From an uncultured delta proteobacterium (GTDB lineage: Bacteria > Myxococcota > Kuafuiibacteriia > Kuafuiibacteriales > Kuafuiibacteriaceae): a DNA stretch of 64,000 bases. Of this stretch, positions 60,010 through 64,000 are shown in pieces; within the stretch, counting starts at the first letter, position 1, and each line of letters starts with the position of its first letter. The stretch spans positions 480,001 through 544,000 of the forward strand of contig CAWDML010000008.1 of assembly GCA_963803435.1 (NCBI GenBank), read 5' to 3'. Position numbers and translations under genes: made by a program. The notes under the pieces are model-generated. The model saw only the letters and a list, made by a program, of their open reading frames with translations. It was not told the DNA's origin and ran no database searches.

Positions 60010-60909
60010 TCAAGTCTGGTGCAGCGTGAGCACCGGGCGCTGCGACCAGCGCACCACCCGCTCCGCGACGCTCCCCATCGCCAGCCGCGACAGATGTCCG
60101 CGACCGCGGGTCCCCAGCGCGATCAGGTCCGCGTCCAGACGCTCCGCCGCTTCGACGATCAGCCGTCCGGGATCACCGATCTCGACCGACGAACGGGACG
60201 CCTCGATCTCGACCTCGCCGGCGAGGAAGTCCCGCATCTCCGCGGCCGCGCGCGATCGCGCCAGCTCGTAGTAAGGCTCGGGCGCACCCTGGGCCGTCGT
60301 GATGACCAGGATCTCGGTCTCTCCGAGCGACGGGATCCCGGCGATCACGTGGACGACGTGGAGCTCTGAGCCGAAGCGCCGCGCCATCTCGGCGCTCATG
60401 CGAAGCGCGGCGCGCGAGCCGCCCGAAAAGTCGATGCCCACCAGGATCTTCCGCGGCGGGAAGCTCGCGTCGCTGTCGCGATGCACCGTGATCACCGGCG
60501 TCGCGCTCGACCGCACCACCTTCTCCGCTACGCTGCCGATGAAGATCCGATCGAGCCCGGTCCGTCCGTGCGTCCCCATCACCACCAGCTGGGCGTCGCG
60601 GCTGCGCTCGAGGATCGCATCCAAGGCATCTCCGGGCTGAACGCGCAGCTCGGGCGTGCAGCTCGGGTGGGGAACCGCGGCCAGCATCCGCGCCATCTCC
60701 TCCTTCGCCTGGCCGAAGGCGAGCTCCTGAACGGTCGTCGGCGCTTCCCCCCGCGCCAGCGAGAGCGCGAGGGTCGCCGGCACGTACGGCGGGAGGCTGC
60801 AGGCGTGCAGGACCTCGACCGGCGCGCCGTAGGCCCCGGCGGCCCCGAACGCGTAGCTCAGGCCCCGGCGAGAGGCCTCCGAGAAGTCCACGGGCGCCAG
60901 GATCCTCAT
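60010..60909 (-). CDS. Tandem universal stress protein
   Basis: Two USP domains (IL..VDFS; MGTHGR..GSVAEKVVR; LGTRGR..GSVAERVVR). Confidence 0.9.
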   Translation of the reverse strand: MRILAPVDFSEASRRGLSYAFGAAGAYGAPVEVLHACSLPPYVPATLALSLARGEAPTTVQELAFGQAKEEMARMLAAVPHPSCTPELRVQPGDALDAILERSRDAQLVVMGTHGRTGLDRIFIGSVAEKVVRSSATPVITVHRDSDASFPPRKILVGIDFSGGSRAALRMSAEMARRFGSELHVVHVIAGIPSLGETEILVITTAQGAPEPYYELARSRAAAEMRDFLAGEVEIEASRSSVEIGDPGRLIVEAAERLDADLIALGTRGRGHLSRLAMGSVAERVVRWSQRPVLTLHQT

Positions 60910-60969
60910 CGAGCTTCGATCCTAGCACGTCGCGGTGACGCGTTCGCCGAGCGGCCCAAGGAGCGCCGC

Positions 60970-60984
60970 TGGCACAGAGTCTGC
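60970..60984 (+). promoter_or_regulatory. Candidate sigma54 (-24/-12) promoter
   Basis: TGGCAC-AGAGT-CTGC, 28 nt upstream of the USP ATG. Confidence 0.55.
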
Positions 60985-61012
60985 GTCCACCCCCGGCTGG
61001 AGGACAGCCTTC

Positions 61013-61438
61013 ATGTTCACGCGCATTCTCTTCGGCACCGACTTCACCAAGGAATCGATCGACGCCGAAAAGGAGGTCGCGGAGCTCGCCGCTTCGATGG
61101 GGGCTTCCGTGATCGTCCTGCATGCGATCGAGCCGATCGATCCGGGCGGCGACCAGGGACCCTTCGAGGAGTTCTACGCCTCGCTGCGGGCGGCGGCCTC
61201 GGAGAAGCTGACGGCGGTCGCCCGGCGCCTGGCCGACCGCAGTATCACGTGCGATGTCAAGGTGACGATCGGACCGCGCTGGAAGGAGATCGTCGATCAG
61301 GCCGCCGAAGAGTCCGTGGACCTGATCGTCCTCGGCTCGCATCCGCCCTCCGAGCCGCTCACCGTCGGGACCACGAGCCACAAGGTCTTCTGGGCCGCAC
61401 CGGTCTCGGTGATGTTCGTGCGCGAGACTTCACCGTAG
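61013..61438 (+). CDS. Universal stress protein
   Basis: MFTRILFGTDF, DLIVLGSH and GTTSHKV. Confidence 0.85.
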   Translation: MFTRILFGTDFTKESIDAEKEVAELAASMGASVIVLHAIEPIDPGGDQGPFEEFYASLRAAASEKLTAVARRLADRSITCDVKVTIGPRWKEIVDQAAEESVDLIVLGSHPPSEPLTVGTTSHKVFWAAPVSVMFVRETSP

Positions 61439-61963
61439 CCCCGATCGTTGTAGGACGACACTGCACTTCTTGACACACTCGTCGCAGATCGCGACCTCCG
61501 AGCCGGTCGGTGAGATCTCGTCGCGATTGATCAAGGAGCGCACTTCTCGCTCGGTTCGACCGCAGAAGGCACAGTGCGGCGTCGAGCCGTCGGAGGCGAA
61601 CAAGGTCTCCAGCCGTTTCAAGGTGCGATCCCGCATCTCTAGGTTCCCGGCGGCTTGGTAGGCCTTCGCCAGCCGGAGCAGCTCCTCCTGCGCCTCCTTC
61701 CGGAGCCCGATCAGGCAGTAGACGTCGGCGAGCTTGGATCGGACCGAGAGCTCGGCCGGATCGAGCATCAGCACCATCTTGTAGATGGCCGCCACCCGCT
61801 GCCAGGCGTCCCGGAGCCCGTACTGCTCCGCGGCCTGCAGGTACACGTTGATGGCCCGCTGGGGCTTCTTGTCGCTCCGATAGAGGTCAGCCAGCTCGAG
61901 GAGGGCGTCGGCGTTGTCCGGATTGGTGCGGATGCGGTGCTCGAGGCTCTCGCTGTCCGGCAC
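61430..61963 (-). CDS. TPR protein with a C-terminal ClpX-type C4 zinc finger
   Basis: TPR helices followed by CAFCGR...LI...ICDECV; start approximate. Confidence 0.7.
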   Translation of the reverse strand: MPDSESLEHRIRTNPDNADALLELADLYRSDKKPQRAINVYLQAAEQYGLRDAWQRVAAIYKMVLMLDPAELSVRSKLADVYCLIGLRKEAQEELLRLAKAYQAAGNLEMRDRTLKRLETLFASDGSTPHCAFCGRTEREVRSLINRDEISPTGSEVAICDECVKKCSVVLQRSGLR

Positions 61964-62101
61964 GTCGCCCAACGCTCGCCTAGTCTGGCGAGCGACCGTA
62001 CCGCCGTCAAAAGGGGGACCCCGGCCCCGAGAATGGCTCGTTTCGCGCCGGTCGCGGTGCAGAACGACCCGGGTCCGGCGGGCTTGCCTGGGGACAGCGC
62101 C

Positions 62102-62117
62102 TGGCATGCGCGCTGCT
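62102..62117 (+). promoter_or_regulatory. Candidate sigma54 (-24/-12) promoter
   Basis: TGGCAT-GCGCG-CTGCT upstream of a small ORF and pheA. Confidence 0.45.
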
Positions 62118-62129
62118 TCGGACGTCCCC

Positions 62130-62284
62130 ATGAAGCGCGGTGTCCTCGAGATGACCCAGGTCCGCTCCGCCGAGAAGCGCCGGCGCCTGATCGACGCCAG
62201 CCTCCGCCGGCTGGTGGCCCGCCTCGCCGAGGAGCGTCGCGATGCTTGCCGCCAGGCGCCCGCTCGGGCTGACCTCGGCTCCAG

Positions 62285-62306
<22 letters not shown>
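62130..62306 (+). CDS. Small basic hypothetical protein
   Basis: ATG at 62130 or 62151; Arg-rich helix; overlaps the pheA start. Confidence 0.35.
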
Positions 62307-63364
<1,058 letters not shown>

Positions 63365-63373
63365 CGCGCGCGA

Positions 63374-64000
63374 CTACCGCTCGATCGGTGTGTCCTCGCG
63401 GCCGCCCCACTCGGCCCAGCTTCCGTCGTAGACGGCCGCGTCGGGGCGCCCGATCCGATGGAGCGCCAAGGCGAGGATCGCGGCGGTAATCCCGGAGCCG
63501 CAGCTGGTGACGACCGGCTGCTCGGGATCGATCAAACGTTCGAGCACGGACCGGAGGGCGTCGACCTCGAGCATCGTGCCCTCGGGCGTGATGATCTCGC
63601 CGAAGGGGAGGTTCTTGCTCCCGGGGATCCGGCCGCCTTTCACGCCCGGACGCGGCTCGGGCTCGGTGGCCGCGAAGCGACCCCGGCTCCGGGCGTCCAG
63701 CACCTGCTCCCGACCCGTGGCGACGTTGGCCTTCATCTCGTCGAGCGATCGGACCAGCTCGGGACGGAACCGAGGCGTCCGGGCCTTGGGCGCCCACGTC
63801 CGGACCGTGCGCTCGAGGGGCCGTCCCTCGCGCTTCCACCTGGGAAGGCCTCCGTCGAGCACGGCCACGCGTTCGTGGCCGAACGCCCGAAACGTCCACC
63901 AAACCCGCCCCGCGCTCTGAAGCCCGGCGCCGTCGTACGCGATCACGAGATCGTCATCGCCGATGCCGAGCGCACCGGCGGTCTCGGCGAAGACTTCGGG
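63374..64000 (-). CDS. sseA: 3-mercaptopyruvate/thiosulfate sulfurtransferase; 5' end outside the window
   Basis: RVWW, LDGGL..W, DARS..RF, CGSGITA and YDGSWAEW. Confidence 0.88.
   Translation of the reverse strand, partial: PEVFAETAGALGIGDDDLVIAYDGAGLQSAGRVWWTFRAFGHERVAVLDGGLPRWKREGRPLERTVRTWAPKARTPRFRPELVRSLDEMKANVATGREQVLDARSRGRFAATEPEPRPGVKGGRIPGSKNLPFGEIITPEGTMLEVDALRSVLERLIDPEQPVVTSCGSGITAAILALALHRIGRPDAAVYDGSWAEWGGREDTPIER

Overview
GC-rich bacterial DNA, very probably Myxococcota. The basis is MYXO-CTERM-like tails, Cys-rich DUF4215-type repeats, Hanks kinases with PEGA partners, an FHA-sigma54 activator and a Myxococcus-type LexA box. About 50 CDSs are present; I saw no rRNA, tRNA or CRISPR. 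Family calls come from motif recognition by eye, with no database searches. Main blocks: (1) secreted and lipoprotein genes plus signalling genes (1-10.4 kb); (2) a yfa/mag-like alpha-2-macroglobulin cluster that keeps the CxEQ thioester and adds a stand-alone PBP transpeptidase, a SpoIID protein and an HExxH protein (10.4-21 kb); (3) a small, probably leaderless gene behind a LexA box; (4) an acyl-CoA carboxylase trio; (5) GH18, a BNR lipoprotein and a STAND-like ATPase; (6) a RAYT remnant next to a lower-GC glycosylation cassette; (7) a zinc-starvation operon (His/Cys leader ORF, OM protein, ZnuA, ZnuB-HEAT fusion, Zn-free S14) back-to-back with a cobalamin riboswitch and two lipoprotein genes; (8) a tandem-WGR protein, an FHA-EBP/kinase module, a LytS/LytTR pair facing a heme-c copper monooxygenase, pyrF, USPs, pheA and sseA. 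Several genes carry clustered single-base frameshifts, probably assembly errors. Most long ORFs in the supplied track are antisense or off-frame shadows.
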